This document shows, in pieces, positions 1 to 10,014 of a stretch of DNA of 64,000 bases; within the stretch, counting starts at the first letter, position 1; every line of letters begins with the position of its first letter. The DNA comes from Candidatus Woesearchaeota archaeon. GTDB taxonomy: Archaea > Nanobdellota > Nanobdellia > Woesearchaeales > JASKKU01. Where the stretch lies: contig JASKKU010000001.1 of NCBI GenBank assembly GCA_030154045.1, forward strand, positions 1,025 through 65,024. The letters run 5' to 3'. The position numbers and the translations under genes are program-made. The notes beneath the pieces were generated by a model that saw only the letters and a program-made list of their open reading frames with translations, was not told the origin of the DNA and made no database searches.

Positions 1-186
1 GAATCATTCAAGGAAATCTGTGACAACATGAACGAAAAAGCGCAGCTCAAACTTGGAAGCACTCCTATCAAATGCCATCAAAAAAGCGAAGACAAGTTTG
101 TATTTGTATGGGCGAGTTATAATGCAAACTACTCAGAGAAATCTAAAGACATATTTGATAAACTCGTTAAAGGCGTCAAGATTTAA
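1..186 (+). CDS. 3' end of a CDS running in from upstream (C-terminal ~61 aa ...KDIFDKLVKGVKI*)
   Basis: Open frame 1 from the window edge to a TAA at 184-186; no homology recognised. Confidence 0.3.
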   Translation, partial: ESFKEICDNMNEKAQLKLGSTPIKCHQKSEDKFVFVWASYNANYSEKSKDIFDKLVKGVKI

Positions 187-986
187 GATTTAAAAACAAA
201 ATAAAAGATTTCATTTTTTTCTTTTTTATAATAGAATTCTAAACCCAACCTAGCCAGCATTTTCTCCAGCCAGGTTCTTCTAGTGAAGCGCATTGGCTTC
301 CCTGAAAGAGTTCTCAAAGGAAAAGAGACAATTAAGTATTTCGCCTTCAATTTCTTAACAATCGTCTCAGCAAGTTTATGCCCTTTGTCTTCAATTAAAT
401 CTAAAACCTTAAACAGAAATACAACATCAGTCTCAGGCAAATCATCTAGATATTTCATAAAATCCTTTTGTTCTGCTACCCCATTATACTTTTTTTCCTT
501 AAAAAAAAGATTAACCCTTTCTACAACCTGCTTGTTTAAATCAAAAGCAAGATAACTCTCAATATTAATCTCATCAAAAGGAAATATTAACGGCGTTAGC
601 CCACAACCTAAATCAAGAACTTTTCTAACATTGTGCTCTTTGAGAAAATCAACTACGGTTTGAGGAAACATCTGCCGTTCAGTAATAGATAAATGTGTTT
701 CTCCTCTAAAATACATCGCAGATTTTTTGTAAAGTTTTGTCTTTATCAATGAAAGGAACTGCTTAAAATACTTTGACCTTTCAAGATTTTTTGCTTGCAT
801 AACTTTATTGAACAGAATCTCGTTTTTAGATACTACTTCTTCAAACACAGACCCAATAACTTCCTCATCAAAAACATTGTACCTCGGTTTATTACTTAAA
901 CTCTGCAAAACCTGTTTAAAAATAGTTTCCCTATCAAAATCCATAGCAAATATAAATAAACAAAAGATATTTAAAAACTGTTCCAT
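183..986 (-). CDS. class I SAM-dependent methyltransferase (possibly RNA methyltransferase)
   Basis: Rossmann motif I VLDLGCGLTPL followed by an acidic residue (LAFDLN); 267 aa. Confidence 0.55.
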   Translation of the reverse strand: MEQFLNIFCLFIFAMDFDRETIFKQVLQSLSNKPRYNVFDEEVIGSVFEEVVSKNEILFNKVMQAKNLERSKYFKQFLSLIKTKLYKKSAMYFRGETHLSITERQMFPQTVVDFLKEHNVRKVLDLGCGLTPLIFPFDEINIESYLAFDLNKQVVERVNLFFKEKKYNGVAEQKDFMKYLDDLPETDVVFLFKVLDLIEDKGHKLAETIVKKLKAKYLIVSFPLRTLSGKPMRFTRRTWLEKMLARLGLEFYYKKEKNEIFYFVFKS

Positions 987-1020
987 TCAAAATAAATTAA
1001 CTCAAAAAAGGGTGTGAAAT

Positions 1021-2769
1021 ATGGATAAAAAAGCAGCTCCTGAAAAAATAAATAAAGAACTGGAAGAATTACATAAGAAATTAAATTCTTTTAAGGATAA
1101 AATCCTGGAAAAATTCAGCGACTATGTTCTGGGCATAGCGTTATTGCCTCCTAAGAAGAATGAAAAAGGAGAAAAAGTCGATGACAAAATAAATGTAATG
1201 GTCTTAGTCAACGACCAGGATACTAAAAAACTAACACCAGCCGAGTTGGAAGATAAACTAAATGCTATCTTCCAAAGCATCGCAAAAGAAATTGATAAAA
1301 GATTGAATCCTTCTACTTTATTAATTAGTGAACTCTGGCAAAACTGCTACGAAGGTAAGTATGAATATCTAAAATTAATTGCAACAAGTGCTGCAATTTA
1401 TGACAAAGGAATGTTGGCGGCAATAAAACTTGCAGAAGTGCATAAGACTATGGTTCTAAACAAATTTGAAAGGTATATTGTTTCTTATGTGCTTTCAGGT
1501 TCTCTCACACAAGGAAAAGCTACTGAAAACTCTGATGTTGATGTATTCGTAGTAGTAGATGACACCGATGTAAGAAAGATGACTCGTGGAGAACTAAAAG
1601 AAAAGTTGAGAGCAATCATTATTGGAATGGGTATGGAAGCTGGAGAAGCTACAGGAATCCTTAACAAACTAAACATTCAGGTTTATATCCTTACTGAGTT
1701 CTGGGAGTCTTTAAGAGACGCAAATCCTGTAATCTTTACCCTATTAAGATACGGTGTTCCATTCTATGATAGAGGCATTTTCATGCCCTGGAAACAACTA
1801 CTCTCAATGGGCAAGATTAAGCCTAGCAGGGAAGCCATTGATATGTTTATGAATAGTGGTGAAAGAATCATTAGGAACGTAAAATCAAAAATAACAGAAA
1901 TCGGCATGGAAGACATATATTATGCATTATTAACACCTTCACAGGCAGCACTAATGCATTATGGTCTTGCTCCTCCAACTCCAAGAGAAACACCTAAACT
2001 TATGAAGGAAATTTTTGTGGATAAGGAAAAATTGCTTAATGAAGACGAAATTTCGGTATTAGAAGAAGTAATCTCCTTAAGAAAAGCCATAGAACACAAA
2101 CAAAAAGCTCGAATCTCAGGAAAAGAAATTGATGAACTGTTAGAAAAAGGAGAAGTATATCTAAAAAACATATCAAAGTTGTTTACGAAAATAGATAACA
2201 TCAAAAGCAAAGAATCTTTATCAAACCTAACAAGCACCATTAAGCAGATTATGCGCAAGATTCTAGTATACTTTGGATTCAAAAAAGTTGATGACGAATC
2301 TCTATTAGATACGTTTAAAAAAGAACTTGTTGATTCTGGGGAATTAGAAGAGAAGTATTTTAAAACAATTAAAGAGATTCTGAATTCAGAGAGCCGCAAA
2401 AAACTAAGCAAACAGGAAATCGAAAAGCTAGTGAAAAAAGGCGATTCTGTAATTAGGGCATTGCAGGACTACTTTGAAAAGAAAAGATTCTTTGATATTG
2501 AAAGAGCAAAATTAAGGATTACTTACGGAAAAGATAAATTAGCAGAGGCATTATTCACAAAGAACAAAGTTTTCGTAATAAAGGACCTTAAAACAAAAGA
2601 ATGTCTTGTTGCAAACACAAAAAGCTGGGATTTCAAAAAGATTGAGTATGACGAGCTTGATTCAGAGATCAGAAATGAAAAGACAGAATTCAAAACAGAG
2701 ATTAGTTTGAAGGAATTTAATAAAATAAAAGAGCTGTTTGGAGATAACTGCAAGATTCTGTTGAAATAA
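1021..2769 (+). CDS. nucleotidyltransferase-domain protein with two NTase-like modules
   Basis: Pol-beta-type motif GSLTQGKATENSDVDVFVVVDD, plus an earlier degenerate copy VMVLVNDQD; long Lys/Glu-rich helical C-terminus. Confidence 0.45.
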   Translation: MDKKAAPEKINKELEELHKKLNSFKDKILEKFSDYVLGIALLPPKKNEKGEKVDDKINVMVLVNDQDTKKLTPAELEDKLNAIFQSIAKEIDKRLNPSTLLISELWQNCYEGKYEYLKLIATSAAIYDKGMLAAIKLAEVHKTMVLNKFERYIVSYVLSGSLTQGKATENSDVDVFVVVDDTDVRKMTRGELKEKLRAIIIGMGMEAGEATGILNKLNIQVYILTEFWESLRDANPVIFTLLRYGVPFYDRGIFMPWKQLLSMGKIKPSREAIDMFMNSGERIIRNVKSKITEIGMEDIYYALLTPSQAALMHYGLAPPTPRETPKLMKEIFVDKEKLLNEDEISVLEEVISLRKAIEHKQKARISGKEIDELLEKGEVYLKNISKLFTKIDNIKSKESLSNLTSTIKQIMRKILVYFGFKKVDDESLLDTFKKELVDSGELEEKYFKTIKEILNSESRKKLSKQEIEKLVKKGDSVIRALQDYFEKKRFFDIERAKLRITYGKDKLAEALFTKNKVFVIKDLKTKECLVANTKSWDFKKIEYDELDSEIRNEKTEFKTEISLKEFNKIKELFGDNCKILLK

Positions 2770-2805
2770 ATTTTTTATTTCTTTTTCCAATTTTCTTTTT
2801 CTAAA

Positions 2806-3888
2806 TTAGATCAATGCTGAGAAGAATTTGCTCAATACTTTGACTAATATCGTGAATAAAATTAGAGAGGAAGCTAAAAAAGCAGGCACATACTTTATGC
2901 CAGATTTCAAGTTTCCATCTTTTATCTGAGAGATTATAAAAGATGAGAAAAGTGAAACTAAAGACAGAACTGCATAAGATAAATTAACAAACTGCTCAGG
3001 AGTCATAGTAGGCTCTTTAGCTTCAGTCAATCCTTTAAATAGTTGGAAAATACCCGAGCTCTGTGTTGAACTCAAAGAAGATAAATTCGCGCTGGACATT
3101 TTCTGTAAAAAAGATTGCAGTATAATTAAAAACTGAGTAGATAATGCAAACAAGAAAGGCGCCACAAAAACAACAATAACAACAATAAAAATCACATAAC
3201 TCAAGTTTGTGGTTGCAATGTCTTTTTTAAGTTGGAAAGTGTCTACCAACTCTTCTGCAATCATATCTATAATCGGCGTTAAATTTGAACCACTCTCTAA
3301 AGATTCAGCAATAATTGAAAAAGTTCTCTTAATCTCTGCAGAATCATATTTGTTTGCGAAACTCATTAATGCTGAGGAAGTATCCTCCCCCAAAGATATT
3401 CTTTTAACAACCAACTGCATCTCTTTTGCCAAATCACCAAACTCAGGTTTTATAGAGTTCCACAACGCCTGTTCAAGGGTGGTTCCTCCTTTCAAGTTTT
3501 CAGATAAAGATTTTAAAAAATCTGGCAACAACGCCTCCATCCTTCTAGTTCGTTGAAATGCCGAATAATCAAAATAGAGCATAATTGCTGAAAGAACTAT
3601 AAAGAAATAAACTGCCAAATAAGAGAAAGTTATCACAAAAATAGAAAATGGTTGAAGCAATAAGGATGCTTTATAACTTAAACCCAAAACTGAAGATAAA
3701 TCCACATTGGAAACAAACCAGAGGTCAACAAAGATTACTGAAATAAAACCTGCCAAAAATAGAATTCCAAACAAAAGATAAGGCGGTCTATCTAAGCCTG
3801 CTTTCAGAGAATTTTCTGCTAAACCTTTCTTAAGCCTGCTTGGAAACAAAGATTCTCCAATAATCCTAAAAAGAGCATCGAAACCCAT
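2806..3888 (-). CDS. TadC/FlaJ-like type II secretion system F-domain membrane protein
   Basis: Polytopic membrane protein with a T2SS-F-like cytoplasmic domain; immediately downstream of the TadB-like gene and the secretion ATPase. Confidence 0.5.
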   Translation of the reverse strand: MGFDALFRIIGESLFPSRLKKGLAENSLKAGLDRPPYLLFGILFLAGFISVIFVDLWFVSNVDLSSVLGLSYKASLLLQPFSIFVITFSYLAVYFFIVLSAIMLYFDYSAFQRTRRMEALLPDFLKSLSENLKGGTTLEQALWNSIKPEFGDLAKEMQLVVKRISLGEDTSSALMSFANKYDSAEIKRTFSIIAESLESGSNLTPIIDMIAEELVDTFQLKKDIATTNLSYVIFIVVIVVFVAPFLFALSTQFLIILQSFLQKMSSANLSSLSSTQSSGIFQLFKGLTEAKEPTMTPEQFVNLSYAVLSLVSLFSSFIISQIKDGNLKSGIKYVPAFLASSLILFTILVKVLSKFFSALI

Positions 3889-3889
3889 T

Positions 3890-4684
3890 TTACAAATTAA
3901 CCGTCGGTCTATTAACCCTTATAAGCACAATGAAAAAGTACTGAATGAAAGCCAAAAAAAACAAAATCAAACCAAAAAAGAAAAGATTAAGCTTAATTCC
4001 CAAAAAAGTCAAAAATATCGAAGATAAGCCTAAACCCAGTGAAGGAAAAACCACTGCTAAAATCAGATACATCAAAACAATTGTGTTGAGTTTTTTTCCA
4101 TAAGCCTTGATTTCTAATGAGAGTTCTTCTTTTATTGAATCTAATGTGTCTTTCAAAGTTTTACTTATCTCTGCACCGGTTTTAAAAGAAACAACAATAG
4201 GATACAACACTTTCTTAAACTTTTCAGAAGGCGTAACTTCTCTAGCCAATTCCAAAGCTTCTTCCACAGGCGTCCCTGAATTTATTGACATAACCAACCC
4301 TTTAAAGAAATCTCCAGAAACACCATAACTATTAGCTGCGTCATAAAGCACATTTAAAAGAGGTTCTCCAGCACTAACTTTCAACAAGATATATCTGCCA
4401 GCAAACAGAACTTCTTTATCTAATTCTCTGCGAAGTCTATATATTCGTTGGTCAAGCGCTTTTAAGTTATAATTAAAGAAGAAAAGATAAACTGCAAAAA
4501 ACACAACAGGATAAAACAGAATAAACTTAAACCTTAAAAATAAAGCCAAAGCCACAATTAGCATTGCAGAAAACATTAAAGAACTCTTCTTTAATTTGTT
4601 AAGATACTGTTTTGGTGTTAGATTTATCTTAGCAAGAATTAATTTTCTCCTCAAATCCGCTAAAGAAAGCTTGCTCTTAACCAT
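3890..4684 (-). CDS. TadB/FlaJ-like type II secretion system F-domain membrane protein
   Basis: N- and C-terminal TM bundles around a soluble domain; 1-nt spacing to its neighbours suggests an operon. Confidence 0.5.
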   Translation of the reverse strand: MVKSKLSLADLRRKLILAKINLTPKQYLNKLKKSSLMFSAMLIVALALFLRFKFILFYPVVFFAVYLFFFNYNLKALDQRIYRLRRELDKEVLFAGRYILLKVSAGEPLLNVLYDAANSYGVSGDFFKGLVMSINSGTPVEEALELAREVTPSEKFKKVLYPIVVSFKTGAEISKTLKDTLDSIKEELSLEIKAYGKKLNTIVLMYLILAVVFPSLGLGLSSIFLTFLGIKLNLFFFGLILFFLAFIQYFFIVLIRVNRPTVNL

Positions 4685-4685
4685 T

Positions 4686-6131
4686 TTATTTTTTAGACCT
4701 ATAATATTTTGATATCAACAAACCAACCTTGTTAACATCATTAATGTTGTTCTGAACTAGCCAATCCAAGAATTTCTTCTTCTCCTTAATTTCATTCTCA
4801 ACTTCCTCTTGGTTAAGTCCTGCATACAATGAAATTGCTGAAAGCAACCTATCAGGTGTATTCAATTGTACATACTTATTATTCTTTAAGTCATACTGGA
4901 AAATAACCTTCGCATCTCCAGTTTCGGTTATCTCTGCGACCTGTAAAGTAACTCTTTTTCCAGTCCTCCTGTTTCTATACTGAACAACCAATAATCCCAA
5001 AGATGAAAGCATTAATTTAGGAATATCAATCGGAGGGTTTGTTAATCTGGAAATCGCTTCGCTAGCATTATTGGCGTGCAAAGTAGCATAAACTGAATGT
5101 CCTGTGTGCATTGCTTCAAACAAAACTTCAGCTTCGCGTTTTCTTCTAATCTCTCCAACAAGAATCCTATCAGGCCTCATTCTCAAAGAGTTTACAACTA
5201 AGTCTAACATAGTTACTTCGCCCTTGCCCTCGGGATTTGGCAACCTGGTTTCCATAGGCACCCAATGTAAATGCTCTGGCAACGCAAGTTCTCGTGTATC
5301 TTCTATGCTAATTATCCTCTGGTTTGCAGGAAAGAAATTGCTTAAAGCATTTAACATAGATGTCTTACCTGAACCTGTCCCACCAACAATCAAAGTTGAA
5401 AGTTCAAACTCTATAGCCAACCAGATCCAAGCAGCAACTTCCGAAGTAATAGTTCCATTAAGAATCATATCAGTGATTGTCCAAGGTTTGTCCGCGAATT
5501 TTCTAATGGTTAAAGTATTGCCTTTAGTAGAAATTGGATGCAAAGTAGCATTAACTCTATCGCCTGTTCTTAAAGAAGCATCCATCAAAGGTTCTAAAAC
5601 TGTAATATCCTTACCAACATCTCTTCCAATTAAGGTTGCGTAATGCCTTATTTTCTTCTCATTTTCAATATATATGTTTGTCTTAACCCAACCAAATTTT
5701 CTATGATATGCCCAGACTGGTTCTTTTGAATTATTAACAACAATCTCTTCTAGGTTTTTATCGTGTAACAAAATCTCAATTTTGCCTAAACCTAAGCTTT
5801 CTTGAATCAAATGACTTACTAAGAAATCTGATGTGGGTTTATCAATATGCGGGAAATACTTTTTGATTAACAACTTAAGTTCTGCAATAAAGTTTTCTTC
5901 CAGAGACTTATAACCGCCTTCAAAAGAAAAACTAATTGCGCCAGTATTAACTTTTGAAACAAAGTCCTCTTTAATCTTTTCAAGAATACCTTCGGTAACT
6001 TTACTTAAGTTCAAAATAGAAACTAGATAAAATGGTACGAACTCATCCTCATAATCAACAATTCGAATATTAACTATTAACTTATTGAATCGTATTTCAT
6101 ACTCGTCCAAAATTTTCTCATGAGCGCTCAT
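4686..6131 (-). CDS. FlaI/CpaF/VirB11-family type II/IV secretion ATPase
   Basis: Walker A GGTGSGKTS, Walker B/Asp box RILVGEIR, His box ATLHANNASEAI; 481 aa. Confidence 0.8.
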   Translation of the reverse strand: MSAHEKILDEYEIRFNKLIVNIRIVDYEDEFVPFYLVSILNLSKVTEGILEKIKEDFVSKVNTGAISFSFEGGYKSLEENFIAELKLLIKKYFPHIDKPTSDFLVSHLIQESLGLGKIEILLHDKNLEEIVVNNSKEPVWAYHRKFGWVKTNIYIENEKKIRHYATLIGRDVGKDITVLEPLMDASLRTGDRVNATLHPISTKGNTLTIRKFADKPWTITDMILNGTITSEVAAWIWLAIEFELSTLIVGGTGSGKTSMLNALSNFFPANQRIISIEDTRELALPEHLHWVPMETRLPNPEGKGEVTMLDLVVNSLRMRPDRILVGEIRRKREAEVLFEAMHTGHSVYATLHANNASEAISRLTNPPIDIPKLMLSSLGLLVVQYRNRRTGKRVTLQVAEITETGDAKVIFQYDLKNNKYVQLNTPDRLLSAISLYAGLNQEEVENEIKEKKKFLDWLVQNNINDVNKVGLLISKYYRSKK

Positions 6132-6132
6132 T

Positions 6133-8241
6133 TTATGATTCCGTTGTTGGGGCTAAACTCTGTTTTATTTTTTCCATCTCAGAAACAAGTTTTTGATAAG
6201 TTTCCATAACTTTCTGCCTCAACTTTGCATTTTCCTCAAAGAAGCCTGGAGGAGATTTTTTAATCAATAGCAGTGCTTTATGATAGTATTCTCTTGCCGA
6301 ATCAAAACGTTTTTTATCAATCTCTTCATTAGTTTTTTGAAGCAATATGTCTACTAAACTTCTAAATTTATCATATTTTTCCAATCTTTCTTTTTCAATT
6401 AAATCCAATAGTCTTAGATACAATCTATCCAAGTCTGTAAGCAGTGTATATTTAAACTGAGAATCTTCTAATGAAAGGATTAGTTTCTGCATTTTCGAAT
6501 AAATCAGCATCATTCTAAGAGTATCTTTCTTATGTTCGGCAGCTTCAAAAAGATTTCTCAACTTAAAAAATTCTGATTTAACCTTTGAAAATTGTTCATC
6601 AATATTCTGATATCTTAGTACTTGTGCTTGAACGAGTTCTTTTAACAACATTATTTGTAAATGGTTTTTTTCAATACTAAACTGCTCAGGTATCTGAGAA
6701 ACAAGCTCTTTCAACTTCGAATAAAGTTCTGTAAATGACTTAAAGTCCTTTTGTTTGATGTATATATCTAATTGCTTAATTTTCTCGGAGATTTGTGAAA
6801 AAAGGTTATTAATACGCTCTTTGTTTTCTGCAACAAAGTTCTCTATAAGCTTAGATTCAAGAGAATATATTTCTTTTCCCAATTCAATTTTTTTCAAAAG
6901 ATAAAATCTATTAGAAATTTTAGCCAAGCTAGCTTTTGCCAAAGAAATTGTCTTTAGCGCCTCTTGAAGATTTTTCTCTTCAAAAAACCTCTTAGTTTTG
7001 ACAAGTAAAACCTGAACCTTTTTCAAATTCTCCAAGTCTTCACTAGAACCTTGTTCCTTTAAAACACTTTTTGGTTCAGTTATTTTCTTTTCAGTTTGTT
7101 CCTGCGAAGTTTCTTTTTGATTCTTGGAAAAAACCTGTTTCGAAAAGTTCTGTGAAGAATCTGGATTATTTAACACTTCATTTACTTGTTTAAAAAAAGC
7201 ATCTTTTACTTTCTTAAGCTCTTCAACATCTTTCGTATTTGTATCCTCCTGGGATTCAGATAACTCTTTTTCAACTTCTGAATTGAGATCAATTTCGTCT
7301 AAAGTAATGTTCTTAATAACTTGCTCTATAAGACTAACAAAGTTTTTAAAATACTCTTTCAAAGACTTAAGATCAGTTGAAACTGATGATACTATTGAAA
7401 GAGCTTTGCTCAACCCGAGTTTTTGTTCCTGATTTAATTCGGAGAGGTCATAAAAATTTTGTTCATTCAATAACTGAATGATTTTCTTACTATTTTCCTC
7501 TGCAACATTCAAATCTTGTTTGCGTAGCGCATCTAAAGTAGCGTAAAGTAACGAAAAGATCTCCTCCTTTTTTGAATTAAAAAGAACATATTTCTTAACA
7601 ACCTGTAAAACTTTTGAAACAGGTGTTGATAAAAAGTTGAGATGTTTTTCATCAAGAATCCTGTAAACTTGTCCCAGCAAAAGATAAAGTTCCTTAATGC
7701 GCTCAAAATAAGAACTAACATTTTTATCAATCAAACTTCTTTTTGCAGAATCTAAAGCTGATAAAACTTGCGCCATTACCTCATTCAATCGCTCAACAGT
7801 AATTGGGTCAAAGTAATTTATTGATGCAGTAATCAATGATAAAACCTTTTTAGTCAACACAAATAATTTTTTCCACTGAAACAACTCAACACTTAAATCA
7901 AGAAAAAGTAATTTCTCAAGAACAATTCTAATCTTTGATGCAGGTTTCTCAATTTCATCAGAACTTAAAGATGCAAAATGATACTCAAAATTGTCATCCT
8001 CTGCGGGTTTTTGCAGTTTTACCTTTGCTCCAGAGTTTTCAACAGCCTTAACAAAAGTGTTAGTAAGCTTGTACTCTAATTTCAAATATCCTTGCTCTTC
8101 AAGAAAATGCAATATTTCTTCAAGAATATCCCTATTAATATTGGTCTGTTTAGATAATTCATCTATGCTAATCTCTTTCTTTTTTTTAACAATATCTACA
8201 ATATTGTCTATTTCAGTCTTGACTTCGACAGGCATACTCAC
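6133..8241 (-). CDS. large coiled-coil protein with an N-terminal winged-helix-like domain, first gene of the pilus/secretion operon
   Basis: 702 aa, strongly heptad-like Lys/Glu/Leu-rich sequence; N-terminal IDELSKQTNINRDILEEILHFLEEQGYL resembles a wHTH. Confidence 0.35.
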   Translation of the reverse strand: MSMPVEVKTEIDNIVDIVKKKKEISIDELSKQTNINRDILEEILHFLEEQGYLKLEYKLTNTFVKAVENSGAKVKLQKPAEDDNFEYHFASLSSDEIEKPASKIRIVLEKLLFLDLSVELFQWKKLFVLTKKVLSLITASINYFDPITVERLNEVMAQVLSALDSAKRSLIDKNVSSYFERIKELYLLLGQVYRILDEKHLNFLSTPVSKVLQVVKKYVLFNSKKEEIFSLLYATLDALRKQDLNVAEENSKKIIQLLNEQNFYDLSELNQEQKLGLSKALSIVSSVSTDLKSLKEYFKNFVSLIEQVIKNITLDEIDLNSEVEKELSESQEDTNTKDVEELKKVKDAFFKQVNEVLNNPDSSQNFSKQVFSKNQKETSQEQTEKKITEPKSVLKEQGSSEDLENLKKVQVLLVKTKRFFEEKNLQEALKTISLAKASLAKISNRFYLLKKIELGKEIYSLESKLIENFVAENKERINNLFSQISEKIKQLDIYIKQKDFKSFTELYSKLKELVSQIPEQFSIEKNHLQIMLLKELVQAQVLRYQNIDEQFSKVKSEFFKLRNLFEAAEHKKDTLRMMLIYSKMQKLILSLEDSQFKYTLLTDLDRLYLRLLDLIEKERLEKYDKFRSLVDILLQKTNEEIDKKRFDSAREYYHKALLLIKKSPPGFFEENAKLRQKVMETYQKLVSEMEKIKQSLAPTTES

Positions 8242-8336
8242 TCAGAAATAGGCATATATACTTTAAAAGGATTTATATTCACTTGATTGTAGAGTCAAAA
8301 AGAAGTAAAAAAGTAGTTTTAATTTATTCTACAAAA

Positions 8337-9005
8337 CTACTCTTCTTTCTTTGCTTCTTTAGTTGACTTTAATTCAATAGTTTTGTTTTCTAATTCAGGC
8401 AGATATTTTTTAATCTGTTCTATTAGATACTTCTTTAATTTATCGTTTAAATCCAAATCTAATTCTGCACTAACCACATCGTCTTTAACAGTTATGTTCT
8501 TTGCGGTTTGATTTAAAATCATCTCAAAGACAACATTAAGCTTATCTTCTAATTTGTCAAAGATTTTTTGAATCTTGAACTTATACTTCACTTTCCTTCC
8601 AGCAAGAGGATGATTAAAATCAACCAAAACTCTACCACCAGTAACTGATTTAACGACACCAACCTGACCGTTTATTTCAACCTGTAAACCAACCACAGGA
8701 TTTAATTGATTCTCATAGAACTTTGTTAATGGAATTAACCTAATCAAATCCTTGGACCTCTTCCCAAAAGCCTGCTCAGGTTCAAGTTCTACTTCGTATT
8801 CTTTATCAACTTCTTTATCAATGATCGCTTCATCGAGTCCTTTAACAACGAAACCAGAACCTTGTTTAAACCTAAGAGGTTTCAGGTTTGAAGAATCCAA
8901 TCCTTGTGTTTTAGCGACAGCCTCATCATTCGTATCGAAAATCGTGCCATCCAATAAATAACCTGTATATATTATTTCTACAAAATCTTCTTTTTTAGCT
9001 TTCAT
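8337..9005 (-). CDS. FKBP-type peptidyl-prolyl cis-trans isomerase (long archaeal type with IF insert)
   Basis: YTGYLLDGTIFDTN ... GLDEAIIDKEVDKEYEVELEPEQAFG are FKBP signature segments. Confidence 0.8.
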   Translation of the reverse strand: MKAKKEDFVEIIYTGYLLDGTIFDTNDEAVAKTQGLDSSNLKPLRFKQGSGFVVKGLDEAIIDKEVDKEYEVELEPEQAFGKRSKDLIRLIPLTKFYENQLNPVVGLQVEINGQVGVVKSVTGGRVLVDFNHPLAGRKVKYKFKIQKIFDKLEDKLNVVFEMILNQTAKNITVKDDVVSAELDLDLNDKLKKYLIEQIKKYLPELENKTIELKSTKEAKKEE

Positions 9006-9080
9006 AACTTATGGATATAACGAGTTCTTTTAAAAATTTTTTTAAGAATCATTCAAAATAAAGATTCAAATCGTAAATAA

Positions 9081-9088
9081 TATAAATA
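9081..9088 (+). promoter_or_regulatory. archaeal TATA box (TATAAATA) about 25 nt upstream of tRNA-Thr
   Basis: AT-rich TATA-like octamer at the canonical -26 spacing from the tRNA 5' end. Confidence 0.4.
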
Positions 9089-9112
9089 AAACATTAAAAC
9101 TTTTTTTGATAC

Positions 9113-9185
<73 letters not shown>

Positions 9186-9241
9186 GTCTTCTATTAGAAT
9201 TCCAAAAGATAAATAAAGCCTAAAAAATCAATTAAATCAAA

Positions 9242-10000
9242 ATGCTAGTTGACTGTCACGCACATCTCGATTTTTACAAGGACAAGGATATTGAGGAAAT
9301 TATATCAAAAAGCAAAGAAAAAAATGTCAAATATATAATTCATGCAGGACTTGAAAAAGAGAGCAATACTTTTGGATTAATGTTAAATAAAAAATATCCT
9401 TTCATATTACCGGCTTTAGGTTTATATCCTGAGGAAGTTGTTAAAAAAAGCGAGTCTGAGATTAAAGAAGAATTAGATTTTATAACCACAAATTTGAACA
9501 AAGCTGTTGCAATAAGCGAAGTTGGCTTAGATGGAACTTACGGAAACTTAGACAAACAAAAAAAGATTCTAAAAGAGATTGTAAAGATCGCTATCAGAAA
9601 TAACAAACCTTTGATATTGCATACAAGAAAAGCCGAAGAAGAAACCATCAAACTTCTAGACGAGATTATTCCAAATGAAAACCTGCTTTACAGAAAAATC
9701 GTATTCCATTGTTTTACAGGTAAAAAGAAATTGATTCTCGAAATCCTAAAACGAGGCTGGTTCTTTTCTATCCCGCCAATCATTGCTAGAAACGAGCAGT
9801 TTAAACAGCTTGTAAAAGAAGTGCCTTTAAACAGGTTGCTCACAGAAACAGATTCTCCATTCTTGGCTCCTGTAAAGAATGAGACAAACTATCCGTGGAA
9901 TGTTTCATACAGCATAGAAGAAATATCTAAAATAAAAAAAGTAACTTATGAAGAAGCAGCAAACAACATCTTCATGAACTTTACTTATTTATTTTTATGA
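9242..10000 (+). CDS. TatD-family metal-dependent hydrolase/DNase
   Basis: N-terminal DCHAHLD motif, internal EVGLD, 252 aa. Confidence 0.8.
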   Translation: MLVDCHAHLDFYKDKDIEEIISKSKEKNVKYIIHAGLEKESNTFGLMLNKKYPFILPALGLYPEEVVKKSESEIKEELDFITTNLNKAVAISEVGLDGTYGNLDKQKKILKEIVKIAIRNNKPLILHTRKAEEETIKLLDEIIPNENLLYRKIVFHCFTGKKKLILEILKRGWFFSIPPIIARNEQFKQLVKEVPLNRLLTETDSPFLAPVKNETNYPWNVSYSIEEISKIKKVTYEEAANNIFMNFTYLFL

Positions 10001-10014
10001 TTCTCTTGTTAGAC

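Noticed and set aside
283-555. Short + strand ORFs overlapping the methyltransferase gene (283..555, 808..1017), and comparable antisense ORFs inside dnaK, rpoA', rpoB', the secretion ATPase, etc.
   Set aside because: They lie antisense within long, well-supported genes, are low-complexity (Ser/Leu/Phe/Ile-rich) as expected from AT-rich antisense reading, and show no motifs.
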